A stretch of DNA of 64,000 nucleotides, taken from the NCBI GenBank assembly GCA_010015585.1, contig ML975159.1; one strand, 5' to 3'. This DNA is from Eremomyces bilateralis CBS 781.70. Its lineage: Eukaryota. The notes under the pieces are model-generated. The model had not been told where the DNA came from. It ran no database searches and was given only the letters and a program-made list of their open reading frames with translations. The position numbers and the translations under genes were made by a program. The stretch's first letter is position 1. Every line of letters starts with the position of its first letter. Shown here piece after piece: positions 36,701 to 49,013 of this stretch.

Positions 36701-39700
36701 AGGCTAGCCAGATCTGGGGCATTGATTTGACTGTTGGCGGATTTAGAGAACCATCACCGAATTCCTCGAAAGGATTCGCTTTCTTCGCGATTCAAATCGA
36801 TGGCGGTGAGGGTTCAAGGGCAACCCACGAGCCGGATGACATGGAGAGCGAAACCGGAACTGTTTCCAGGCATCGTGTGAGGCGATCTGGACACCAAACA
36901 CTCCATTAGGGAGTAGAGACCAACAGATTTTTCAGCCCAGATTGCCCGTCAGATGAGGAGTTCGCACATATGATAGTCAATCTTTCGCCAATCTTCGTTC
37001 CAAGGGGTTCAGTAGGGCACAACCAGGAATTCTTCGGTTCATCGTCGTCCGTTTGACACACTTAATGTGCCCTGTAGAGGAACTTGCGGCTTTAGTTGCA
37101 GTTAGCGCTACTACTGCATAGTACATACTCATAGAGACAGTGCCTGGGAAGTGAGATACCATCCCAATGCACATCATACTTGAAAGCATGATTCGCATTG
37201 TCCACTTTAAATCGTGGAGTCTCCTATTCTCGATGCAATGATAATGCCACTTCGCCCGTCGCCAAGGCCGGACCTTCGATCACCTCGCCAATATTAACAT
37301 TGGATATTGACTACTCTTTTGGGATACGGAAGTCCGCAGTCCGTAGTCCTGCCCAGTTAATCACATTTCCCGGAAGCGTTCGCATAACGCAATCTATTGC
37401 GCATCCAAGTGGCAATTGGCCGCCAGCCTATCAACACTTTGGGTACCTGGATGTTAACCGTCATCGAGACTCTGGCCATGAACTGGCCAAAGCACTGCCG
37501 CCAGCGTCAGAGAGAGAGGGGGAACAGTGCGCTTAGACGGGCACTAGCACGATACGGCATCCGCCGGGTTCCAGGTCATGACTCGTGAGGCGTGACCTCG
37601 TGGAAGTTGGGGCCTTCTTAACAATGTTCTAGGGTGTATTCCATATCGTTAGTGCCAAGCTCACGATCCTAGCCATTCGAAAGATCTGATTGATTCAGCC
37701 GATCATAAGTATACCAGGAACCATTCCGGTTTTCGCAATAATATTCAACCGCGAGAGTTATCCATGGTGGATTAGTGGGCCGACTAGAGAGCATGTGAGA
37801 AGCGACAGAAGTCAGAATGCTCAAGTGACTTTGCCGCACCGCCAATTGCCCCCGACTCCACAAAGCATTGTGTTTTCCAATATGTCACTTCACAATCTCT
37901 TCGCCGCTTGACTTCGCAGCCGCGCTCATATACTGTACCATAGCGCTGGGTAAGAGACAAACATATACTCGGAACTGCCGACGAGACGAGAATAAAACGC
38001 GGTTCCTTGCACAATTCAGTCTATCTTCAACTCACCCCGCCTGTTCATTTCATTAAGATCTTCGGGTTCTATGGATTTCTCGTGCTCCATGCACATTTCA
38101 TAATAAGCCTGGTCGACTGGCTTTCACGTCGAAGCTCTTGGAGGGACCTCGTGATGGTTGTCAGAGCCATCCAGGAACCGTGACCTGCAGCCTGCAGGCC
38201 GACCAGTGTCTGCAGCAATGAAACATGCCAGCAATATTATTAAATACTAAGGCTGTCAACTGGTAGGCAGGGTACATATATCTCAGCTCAGCCTAACCAG
38301 ATGTGAGACGGCCATTGCCGATTGCGGCCGTCTCTACGTGCAGGCGCATGTTTCTCTGGCGATCTTAGAGTTCGGTTGAGGGGAAGGTGGCTGGGTTTGT
38401 CGCATTGTCAAAAAGCTGATCGAACGATAGGTAGCTGCATCGAATATTGAATTAACTCCCTTCAAGGCTGGCTGGCCACGTTTAACCAAGACCTTGGAGC
38501 CGAGAACAAACCTACCTTAGTCTACACAAGTTACAACCGAATGGAGGTGCTTCACGATGGGTCAAGAAGCAGAAATGGCCTCACGATGCTCCGTCTTTAG
38601 TGCCACGGTCGGAAGCGGCCAAATACGATGCATCAAACACAGCAATTGGTCCCGAATGAGCTGGTGGGTTCGCGGTGAGGCACAGCTGCAGCGAGGATCG
38701 GTGAGCGCTACTGATTTGTATTTATCAGTGCAAACGTCCTAATGTATCCTGAATTCTCACTGTCCCTGGTAGCGAAAGCTGATCTTATGCGGGGTGCCCG
38801 CTGGTTCCTGAAGAAGTTCAGTGTCTATCTGGGACCTAGCGCAGGTCACCCGCGATATCGTAATGGCGGGGCCGCATTTCCATAATTCGCGGCTGTTAAG
38901 GGCCGCCTTTCCATGAACTGGGCACATGAAACGAAAATCGGCTTGCTGGATGGTTCGACTTGGATGCAGAACTTGGTGGCTGGCCAATGGTCTCACCCGC
39001 AATCAGGGGACTAGCGTGTTCCTTTGGGGGCTACTGGCACCGCTAACACTTTAAGGGTGTTCCTTGCAGCGCCTCAGACCCCAGTTCCAACGCGAGAGCC
39101 TAGAGGAGCGAGTTCTGGGGTTCGGCCCTGTTTATGTTGCTAGCTCTAATTTGCTTGCTTGACACGATTCGGGGGCTTGACCTGCAGGGAGGAGAAGTAC
39201 GCTATGCATACGAAAAAGAGGGGATGGATGACAGACCCATGGAGTGCAATGGGGATGTTCATGAAGCCCAGGACGCTTTGTCCCTAATAGCTGCGTGCTA
39301 GACAGTCACCCGTTGGATTCGAGAAATGTGGCGGAAGAGCAGGACATCATAAAGACCAGGCGGGCAATATTAGGATGTCGTTCAAGACCTCCATTTAGAT
39401 ATAGGTACCTTTCGATCCACCTCATATTGGTTCCAAGCTTCCGTACCCTCCAAAGCTCCCATTCTACTTTGTAGAGCACTTGAGACCACTCCCGTCTCCT
39501 TTTTACATTTCATTGCTCCAGCCCTGACACATACATACCTTATACAACTATACTACACAGCACTGGTACCTCAGTGGTACATCGCACCATACCTATACCT
39601 TGTCGCTTCTCTTTTCTTTTGCTCGCTTCGACTCACTGTCACACTGCGCGCGCCTCTTCACACCTGTTCCGTACCTTAATCGGACTTTGACTCTTACCAG

Positions 39701-41261
39701 AGCCGCTCTTCCTCCCTTAAGGCGCCAGCTGCCGGATTGTGATTGACACATTGTCGATTGCGATCCTTGGATTCAAGAAAGACGTCGTGGTCAAACTTGC
39801 GCCACCTCAAACCACGTGGGTGCCCCTAGGCGAGCTTCTCGGTCACCCAAAGGCCTGTCTCGACCACGCTCTTGCGGTCTAGGTTCCCGATATCCCGCAG
39901 GATTCCCCCAGGTTCCCCAACCCTATCAATCGCGGCAATCATCACGGCACCATCCATCACGTCTGGCCGCTCAACTGGATTCTCCTTTTCGCAAACGTCG
40001 GCTTCTGGTTCCTGGATCCCTGGGCGTTCAATTGTGTATGCATCCGTAAACGTCCATTGCATAGAAATATCCCGGGACGCAAAGCAGTCGGCCCGTCGCC
40101 GCAGACAGCGTTTGCACCACCTGCAGAGGGCAGACACACCCCAGGCAGCGCTGTCAGCACCATAGATCCAGGCTCGATTTCGACTGGGGATTACGGGTCC
40201 AAATATCCCAGCCGTTGTGTTTCTGCCGGTCGACATCCCACAGATTCTGCTGCATCTCCGACTGGAGCGGCATAGAATCCCTCCTTAATCGCTTGTTCCC
40301 TCGTCCTTCATAGCTGTGCACGCAGCTCCTCATTCGATTTGTCCTGGTCATTCTTCCTCTTCACCCGTTCCACACAGCGTTCCCCACCTGGAGCTAGAAC
40401 TCTCGGCTCTTTCATAGCCCTGTAGATTACTGCTCTAGTAATCTATCCGTCGCAAGCTATACTGATCGATACTACACACCAACGCGGTCACTAAGCCAGT
40501 CCTTAAAACCACGGGCATACTCCATCCTCGGCCTAGAGATATCGGGCACGTATAGGCCAAAGAAGTCGCCTTGTTAAGATCATCATAAGGTCTAGCCACT
40601 TGGGATCCTTGACGATTGGCTTCTGCAACAACTCCTCGAGAACTCGGGATTAGCCAAGACGAATCGAAGCGAACGACATTTGGACGTGCGGCGACAAATG
40701 AAATCTGAAAATATTCGGAAACGATATCACAACGCCTTCCACAAGCGTCGTACCTACATCTGACCGTTGAAGTCTGCAGTGGGACGAGACACCAAACAAT
40801 CGCATCAAGAGTTTCGACCCGCACATTTCGTCTTCCACACCGTCGCCAACTATTTCGGAGGCACCTGTTCGCTTTTGGTTGTATTATCTCAGTAATGTAT
40901 GCTCACTGCAGCTTTGTTCCAAGATCCTGATATTGATTTTGATGTTCAGCTTATCGCCGACCGCCTGGTATCCGAGAGGATCCTGACAATGCGTCTGAGA
41001 AAGCCAGTTATTCGGCCAGCGGACCTCTAATTCAAATCGCAGAGAGTTGTTGGGTCTGTCATCTTGGACTCGGCCTCGACTCGACTTGTCTCGGCTCCTT
41101 CTTGTCCCTACATCATTCTTGATCGTGCTCGCATATTGCGACCATACCTCAACCTCTCTCCAGAACAGTCAAGATTGTGTCTCTCCTCTTAGAGCCCAGC
41201 CTGGCAACACCCCTCTCCTACACTCACCAGTCCTCGTTGGTTTTCTTTTATTCTCACCGTC

Positions 41262-42968
41262 ATGCTGGTGAGGCAACACCCAGAACAGCCTAGTAGTGTT
41301 GGGCTACCGGGAAGCAGCCCAACCATGGGAATTGCTAGCACATACGGCCCTGATCCTCCCCCGGTTCAAACTACCCACTCTCATGTAAAGGCCCCGGCAT
41401 TATCTCCAACATGGAAAGGCTTTGTCCACACCACGATGGACGCCATGATGATCTTCGAGGCGTGCCTCAGTGGATATCTCCACCATATCCCGCGGAGACC
41501 TCATGACAAGGAGCGTCCTGAGCTGATCACGAGCGGATCATGCTTTGTTTACGAGGAAAATGCCTCTGGAATCAAGAGATGGACCGATGGGATGAGCTGG
41601 AGCCCCAGCCGGATCATGGGCAATTTCCTAGTGTATCGAGAACTCAACCAACCATTTCCTCCTGGCGAAAAGAAACGTGCAAAGCGAAAGCGATCAATGG
41701 CGGACGTTGGAAACGAAGCAAATTACCGGAAGAGCTCAAATTCACCAGACGTCGAGACTCCTGCAAAGGGTAACTGCGCCGAAGATCGACGACTTGTTGG
41801 ATCGTTGATAGACTCGTACGGGTTCAAGAAAGGCGGCTTGATCAAGAAGACACTGAGCATCAGCTCAAATCAGTGCAACCACCACATCATATGCTACTAC
41901 ACACTCGAGGACATCAAAGCTGGAAAATGTCTTCGTCCAGTTCAGCACCCTGACTTGGCACATCTTCGACCACGGCCGTCCCTAGTTGAGGGAACGGCCA
42001 AGTTCAGGTGTCCTCTGAGTGAAGGGCTCGACGATGTCCGGGAGCTGGTGCAGTGGGAGCTCAGTGAGCAGCAACAACAAGAGCAACAGGACGTGAGCAG
42101 CCGGCCAATTGCACAACCACGTCCGCGCTTGAGCATTAGCATGCCAGTGAACTCGTACAATCCACCCCAAGTGGATTACAGCGGACCGATGATGCCTCAT
42201 CAGTCTGTGAATAACCACTCCGCTCAGCAACAAACCCCGGTCGCATGGGCACCATCCCCTCATCCATCGATAGGCATACCAACTACATCTCATAGTATGC
42301 GCGCGTCTCCTACAAGCCACGCCCCTACAGGAGGGAGCATTCCCCCATCGGCCTCAACCTTATCTCCTGTCCATGCGACCATGATTCCAACCCAAGAGGT
42401 TCCGCGGTCAACAGTCAACCATGGATACACCGACTACACTCATAGCCAATATCAAGAGCATATTGCCCAACCAGAAATCCACCACGCACCAGAAAAACAC
42501 CATCAATCTCAATCTCCTAACCTCGGACAATCCGTACTCCACCGCCACTACGCCGTCTCAGTAACGGACACAGACACCTCCTCTTTTGGCGACCCCAACG
42601 AGGTTCCCTTCGATAGCCACTACTATCCACCCTTCCAACAATTCCCCACCTCAACTCCAATTCAGCATCATCTTCAGCTCATCCAAATCAGCACACCAAT
42701 GAAGTACGAGCCCGATCCACGAATTCACGAGATCCCAGACGAGGATGAATACTCAGACCAGGAACTGTCGCCAGTGCATGCATTCCATCCCGTTGTGCAC
42801 ACTCCAACAATGGTGTCGATTCAAACACCAGGTACGGGACCGAGCACGCCATTGGACATGATAGGGGGTCACCTTGCAGGGCCGTACGCGAGTTATTTCT
42901 TCCCTTCGCCTCAGCAACCGATGCCGGTGATGGTTGGACATTATACCCAGTATCCCGTCTCTGGTTGA
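41262..42968 (+). CDS. WOPR (Gti1/Pac2) transcription factor, Wor1/Ryp1/Sge1 subtype
   Basis: TWKGFVHTTMDAMMIFEAC, PRRPHDKER, SGIKRWTDGMSWSPSRIMGNFLVYREL, PFPPGEKKR, LVGSLIDSYGFKKGGLIKKT and HHIICYY. Q/P/H-rich tail. An alternative start exists at 41325. Confidence 0.93.
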   Translation: MLVRQHPEQPSSVGLPGSSPTMGIASTYGPDPPPVQTTHSHVKAPALSPTWKGFVHTTMDAMMIFEACLSGYLHHIPRRPHDKERPELITSGSCFVYEENASGIKRWTDGMSWSPSRIMGNFLVYRELNQPFPPGEKKRAKRKRSMADVGNEANYRKSSNSPDVETPAKGNCAEDRRLVGSLIDSYGFKKGGLIKKTLSISSNQCNHHIICYYTLEDIKAGKCLRPVQHPDLAHLRPRPSLVEGTAKFRCPLSEGLDDVRELVQWELSEQQQQEQQDVSSRPIAQPRPRLSISMPVNSYNPPQVDYSGPMMPHQSVNNHSAQQQTPVAWAPSPHPSIGIPTTSHSMRASPTSHAPTGGSIPPSASTLSPVHATMIPTQEVPRSTVNHGYTDYTHSQYQEHIAQPEIHHAPEKHHQSQSPNLGQSVLHRHYAVSVTDTDTSSFGDPNEVPFDSHYYPPFQQFPTSTPIQHHLQLIQISTPMKYEPDPRIHEIPDEDEYSDQELSPVHAFHPVVHTPTMVSIQTPGTGPSTPLDMIGGHLAGPYASYFFPSPQQPMPVMVGHYTQYPVSG

Positions 42969-45900
42969 CAGCTTTTGGTCCCGACATGGGCTTAATAGCT
43001 TAGCGCAATCCCTATCTCCCCATCCCGTAACGTGCCCCGTTTTCACGTCCTTCCATCCCTTTCTTCTTGATATATGAATTAATGATTTCGATACCCCGGG
43101 CGGTAGTTTGTTGGCTGGCGACTGTGCGTACATTATGGAAGAAGCAAGAAGTTGGTCTGTGAGGAGGCTTGCCTTTCCCACAACCTAGATGTTTCTTGGA
43201 GTTGTATCGGTCAGCAGCAGATGCCACCGTAGATGACGACAGGACGGTGTCACGTTTTCCTGGTTTTTGTATATATGCCTATGCTCTCTCTGGTTGATGC
43301 CCTGACTTTCTCAGTCAACGAATATTGGGTGGTAATTTTGCTTCCTATGCGTCAATCGGTTTTCATTGGAGAGGAGCTCTTGGTATTTTAGTTGCATGAC
43401 GATGGCTATTGAGGGATATGTATATGCGGAGTGGGTGTTTGGTGCATAGAGGCACATAGCTAGCTGGAAATACGATAGTATGAAATGACAAGTTTCTCAA
43501 AGCTGTTCATCGGGATTTCTGTCCCCCAACTGGTTGTCACGACGTATGAAGCGACTAGACGGTGAGTCTTTGCCTAGAATTGACAATTTGCATGAAGACT
43601 CTTAAACTTCAGCAGAACAGGAAGGACGAGAGGGAACAGTTAGCATGGGATATCGCCAAACGCCACTACGAGGATCACAAATTGTAATGAGTTATTTTAT
43701 CAAGAGAACTTGGACTTCAATTCGCTATCATAGGAACTATTAAGATGTTCTCCTAGAATTGAGGTGTCTAACTTGCCAGTCTCTTGACCCTCCCTATCCT
43801 TCACTCCCAAAACGACCAACGACATATCACCTATTCTTCTCGCTCTGCACATCTTTCCTGCCCATAGTCCCAATATTTCCGCCTATATGGTCACCAATTC
43901 AGCTCCAAGCAGGGTAACACCTGCGAAGCCAAACGATGACCGTCTATGATCGCTCCAGACTGGGGGGAAGGGCCTTCTTGTTGACATTGATATTGAAGAA
44001 GTGAATGCAAGAGGAATGGAAAATGAGCTGGTAGAATTCGTCGATGACCTTTTTCGCACTTTTCCATACACGGTGAAGTTCTTGTCGATGTACCGCGGCA
44101 TGGAAAATTTGATTCGTTTGATAGAGGGGTAGGGGTAATTGACGTGGGATCTGATCCCGTGTTGGCCATTGTGATAAATGATCATAATAGTTCTCATGAC
44201 CACATCTGCTGGGGCGGACCTATCGGTCGGCTTGCACAACAAATACCCAACTCAATGGGTTAGTGGCGTCACCCAGCTCAGCATACAGCCAAGATAGCAC
44301 TCCACTGAAGCCTTGTGGGTGACTGTCCTGCATCGTTGTGAATGTGAAAAGACAAAAGTCTCTTCCCTTGTCGAAGACATTAGCATACGAACCGCAATAT
44401 GCGAGGACAAGATTTCTTACAAAGTCAGCAGGAATCAGCCATGGGGGTGTGGGCGGGAGGAGCATCGCCCAAAGATCATTTTATTTTCACACATCGGTCG
44501 CAGCGGACATGATGCTGCCGCTAACTAGCACACTGCATGGACAGCGCGCCATTGTGGCCTCGACACGAATCAAAATGCACTTAGGCATGATATAATGTCG
44601 AACGTTGCGGCAAAATGTGTTTTCGTGCAACTCCACTCGACGACTCCTTCTGGATGGATGAATTAGCACATGATCACGAATACAAAGGGGAGAAAGGTTT
44701 ACCAGCTAACAAGCCATTGAACACCACAAAGGAAATCTGCGACGAGACTTCGTGATGGTGGCTAGGAAAGCTATATTTGTCAGAAGTGTGTCAGAGGTTA
44801 TTGCGGATGCAGTGCGTACCTTGAAGTTAAATCCCTTAATCACCCTGGCACTCTGAAGCTGAGATACCTCTCATTCCGACTGTGAGTCTGGCATGACGGT
44901 CTTGCTTGACAATGAAGCATCCACGCCGCGAATGCCATTCATGTAACTGATACTGAAAAGGAACAGAGGGTTTGAGCAGAGCTGAATATCCCTAGGTAGG
45001 GAGTCTAGATCTGATTTGATGAAGAGTGCGGATGAGAAAGTGTGGAGCGGTATACACTAGGTACAAGAGTAAACGAAACTAAAAAAGAAGGCATGGAATC
45101 CATCAAAACAATGAATGAATGCGATATGGCAGTCATGCCCGGCATTCGATGCACTGAAATGAACATGAAATGCTGTAATCACCAGTGGGCGTTTTGCATG
45201 AAAAGTGCTGGAGATGAGCCTTGTCGGGGATTTTGAAGGTGAATCGCCAGGTGTCTGATAGGAAGACAAGGGCGGACACTGTGAGGATGTCGCAAGGACA
45301 CCCGAAAGGAGAAATGGGCTGGTCGAGCATGCGTTAGCCCTCTATGATATTCGAGTGAAGATCATGACTATTCATGAGAGATCGCTGGTGTCGTTACCAT
45401 GCTTAAGGTGGTTATGGTGACAGAGCGGCGTCTGTCACCGAATCTCTCACCTGTTGGGGAACATCGCCCCAACTGATGCTGTCTCATTCCTTGACGGAGT
45501 GAGTTGTATCCACAGCGGAACACGGTACTTAGAAAAACAAGAACTGGGGTTGTTGATAGTCTCTGCAACTCTGGGAAAAAGGCGTACTGTTTGACACCTC
45601 TTCGAGATAGGATATTGGAAAAAGATACCGGTCGCGATGACTCGATATGGAGTTCGACATAGGCGTATTCGGCGTGCCGGCGGTGAAGACGTTGCAGACA
45701 TCCATCCACATGGAGTGACTGAACGAAAAGCGTGGTCGCAGCGCGTGCTACGATGCTTTACTTAGCGGTGTGAAAATGCAAGGCCTCATACGAGGGCCTT
45801 GTACGGACTGGCGGACAATCGGCGTGTCTCTCGGTTGCGCGTGATGAGATTCATTCGCAGAATCTCGGGAAGTGGTGTTAGCGGTGAATCAGCGTGTCCA

Positions 45901-48900
45901 CCAAATATACCTTCTCTCGGTGAGGTGACATGAAAGATTTTTCTTTCGTGGATCTTTATCAGGCTCAAGATCGAGCACTTACGACGATGCCCAAGTTACT
46001 CTGCAGCGAGAGGTCGGGTGGTGCTTACAGCGAAGCACCGGCGTGAATGAAGAACTCCAAAAGTTTCAGTCGGTCGTCAGCGTATCCTGATGCGATCTCG
46101 GCGGCGTGGTGGGAAAGAACAACATCTTTCACGAATGGTATCTGTCCGCAGACGATTCTATGCGAGTACTGCGGATGCCCTCTAAGAGGGACTGGGAGCT
46201 CTGGAACAGCGCAGAGCTAGAAAAGAATTCGTGGAAGATGTAGTTCGATGTATTGTGTAGTGGAGAGTGGAATTTCCGGGATTGGGTGGAGGCGAGAGGT
46301 TGTGTGCGAAAATTCATCGAAGTGATTCCATCGAGTTTGCGTTTGAAAGTTTGGAAGTTTTCGAGTGAAGGGACTCTCGGCGTGATTGACATTTGCTGTG
46401 AGATTTCTTGCTGGTTGACTCGACAGAGTTGGGTTTCTCGATTCGCTTCGTGGACAGAATTTCCTCTGTGGCGACTTCACCATTTGCCGCCGCATTATTG
46501 TCACCGGAGTTTCCGACATGTGCAAAGAAAAGGATTGAAGTGCTTGATGCCCTCATTTCGAAAGGAGTAAATGAGTCCATTGGTTTCATCTCCGGAGGGC
46601 CTTGGCCGCCATACTCAGCTCAGTCAAAGGTGCAGCTGGAGTAGAGCGAGCGCATTGCGTATAGGTAATATCGCTGTATTAACCACACGAATATAATCTT
46701 TTTTAGCTATAATGTCAGCGCGACGGATGGCCTCGTCACTGGTGACGGAGGTTTGGGATGGCCATAGCGGACCACGTTCAGGAAAAGAGCAGACGGAGAG
46801 GATGAGTCCCGATGGACTCACTCTCGACTTCGGGCATAGACAGGATTGTGGGTTCATCCGTGTGTTTCAAATCGACGGTGAAGAAGAGTTGAAAAGTGAA
46901 AGAATTTGCCCCGAGAGGAACCGCGCAGGGTACACTTGGCCGCCTATCTGAGCTCAATCAAAGCTGCAGCTGAGATAAAACGCGTGAGGGGTCCAAAAAA
47001 AGGCGTCTTTCGGATAGAAATTTGTTTGAGCCATAATCGGAAGCGCGACTGATGGCCTGTCATTGCTAACAGTGGTATTGGGGAGCGGCCACAGCGGACC
47101 ACGTTCAAAAAAAGAAGAACAGTCAAGGAGCATACCAAAAGGCTCATCCCAGCTTCGGTCTTGGCGTGAATTTTAGCTCGTGTCGCGTGGAAGAAAGAGA
47201 TCTTACAGAGAGAGCCTCTGGTTGTGGTCGGAAGGTGAATCTCAGTCCGCGGCTTGCAGTACCTGCGCAGATGGATGGATTCTTCACGTGTACCAACTGT
47301 ATGCTGCAGTCGGCAAGTTCATCGTGATTGACGGGCATCAAAATCACGGAGGCTGGGTTGGAATTAGTCAAGTTGAGATATCAAAATAGCACATTCGACT
47401 CACCTGGACATGAAGCAAACGCTCCTAAGATCGGGGGTTTAAGTGTCGGGGGTCAAAGTTCAACGATGTCCGCTCACAACATATACCCATCATGTGCCCA
47501 TATGAGGGGCTGTGAGCGGACCACCCACGTTTGTTGAAAATGGATATCTAGGGGCAGCCTCAGTCGGCGACGTGGTCAGCACGTAGCAGAGGCCTCGTCT
47601 TAACGCTGACGGGGCTGTGCCTAGCCACACAAGCTAGGGAACTGGGGTGTTCTCAAACACACGGAGCTCGGATGAAAGAGCGTTGGCGAGGGAGTGTTGG
47701 CTGGACGGACGGTTGTGTATCAGAACAGTGCGATGGGCCCGGAAAATTGACAGGACAGTGGGGAGTGGACTTGACTGTGATCGGGGATTGAGTTCGGTAG
47801 GGGGCATGATTAGGCATGATGAAGGAAAGAATTGAAAAATCTTCTCATGCGATCTACGCGGTGCCGGATTCCTGAAATCTAACCGTTCCATAAGCATCTC
47901 TAAACCAGTGACTGCTAGTTGCGGACTCACCAAAGTCGACTAAACCAACGTCTGCCAACAAATGGCCAAGGGAATGAAATCTAGGGACAATGAATCCTCC
48001 ACCCGATTAGAAGGTGAAGTTTCAAAGGCAAACGAGTGAACTATGCACTCGGTTAAATAATGGCCGGGGTGAGATTCAACCGTGTACAAGTACTAGGAGT
48101 CCCAAGTCAGAATACAGGATTGCATTGAAAATCAAAGAGTGAACGAGGCACTCGGTCCAAACGGATGACTTGGGTGAGATATGACGTCGCATACAGGTAC
48201 GGTGACCATGTACGGGTGGTCACTCTAGCAAGTGACGTGCGGAAATGCGGAGATCTGGTTGTAGACCGATGTCGTGTGAAGAGATGGGCAGAACACCAAC
48301 AATGTAGTGAGTCGCCTTCAACACGATATCTTGACCAGGCGCTGTATTGCCTGTCTCGGTGACATCTAGGCCGGAGGAGATGGTGATGTTAATTGAGCTG
48401 TTGAATCAGTAACTGCAGGAATATTAAGGCAGAATAACAAGACTCACCGTGTAGAATGGGTAAGGTATTGTATCTGCGAAGTGTATGCAACGCTCATCAT
48501 CTCAAAGTGAATGCAAATACACGAGAGGTTTGATTGGCAATGTTCTCGCGGCGATAGCTAGACTCGATGAAAAGGCGATATGTATTAACTATCCCATGTT
48601 AGCGTGCACAGTAATATGAAGATGGAATGACGTACAGCTAGCTTCTGTCGCCATTAAGTGACGGAGTTGCTGATGGAGAGAGAACCTTGATCCGAGGGTG
48701 AGCTGGTTACGATCAATCGTCACGTAGTGCTCGTCGCTTGTAACTGTTCCTGTAGCCAATCCGAAGAAATGGGATGGTGTGAACGCTTGGGGGGTTGGAG
48801 TTCGTCTTAGTTTCTCCCTACCGGAGTGGTAGGGATACTTGTCGCCAGCACCGCGAAGAGGTGCGAACTCAGCGCTGGCGGAAATGAAGGCTGCTAGCGG

Positions 48901-48982
48901 CAGAGCCAACAGAAACTGGAAGCTGTAAAGAATGAGTGTTATTAAAGCTGAGCGATGGAGTGAGGAAGTGGTGGGTGTCTGT

Positions 48983-49013
48983 GAGGGAGAGAGGGAGAGA
49001 GGGAGAGAGGGAG
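48983..49013 (+). repeat. (GAGGGAGA)n purine microsatellite
   Basis: gagggagagagggagagagggagagagggag. Confidence 0.8.

Noticed and set aside
30845..41261. Many 60-130 aa ORFs, and a search by eye for Wor1-type TTAAAGTTT sites or tRNA genes
   Set aside because: The ORFs lack motifs and codon bias. No exact Wor1 motif or tRNA cloverleaf was recognised by eye, and a proper scan is still needed.
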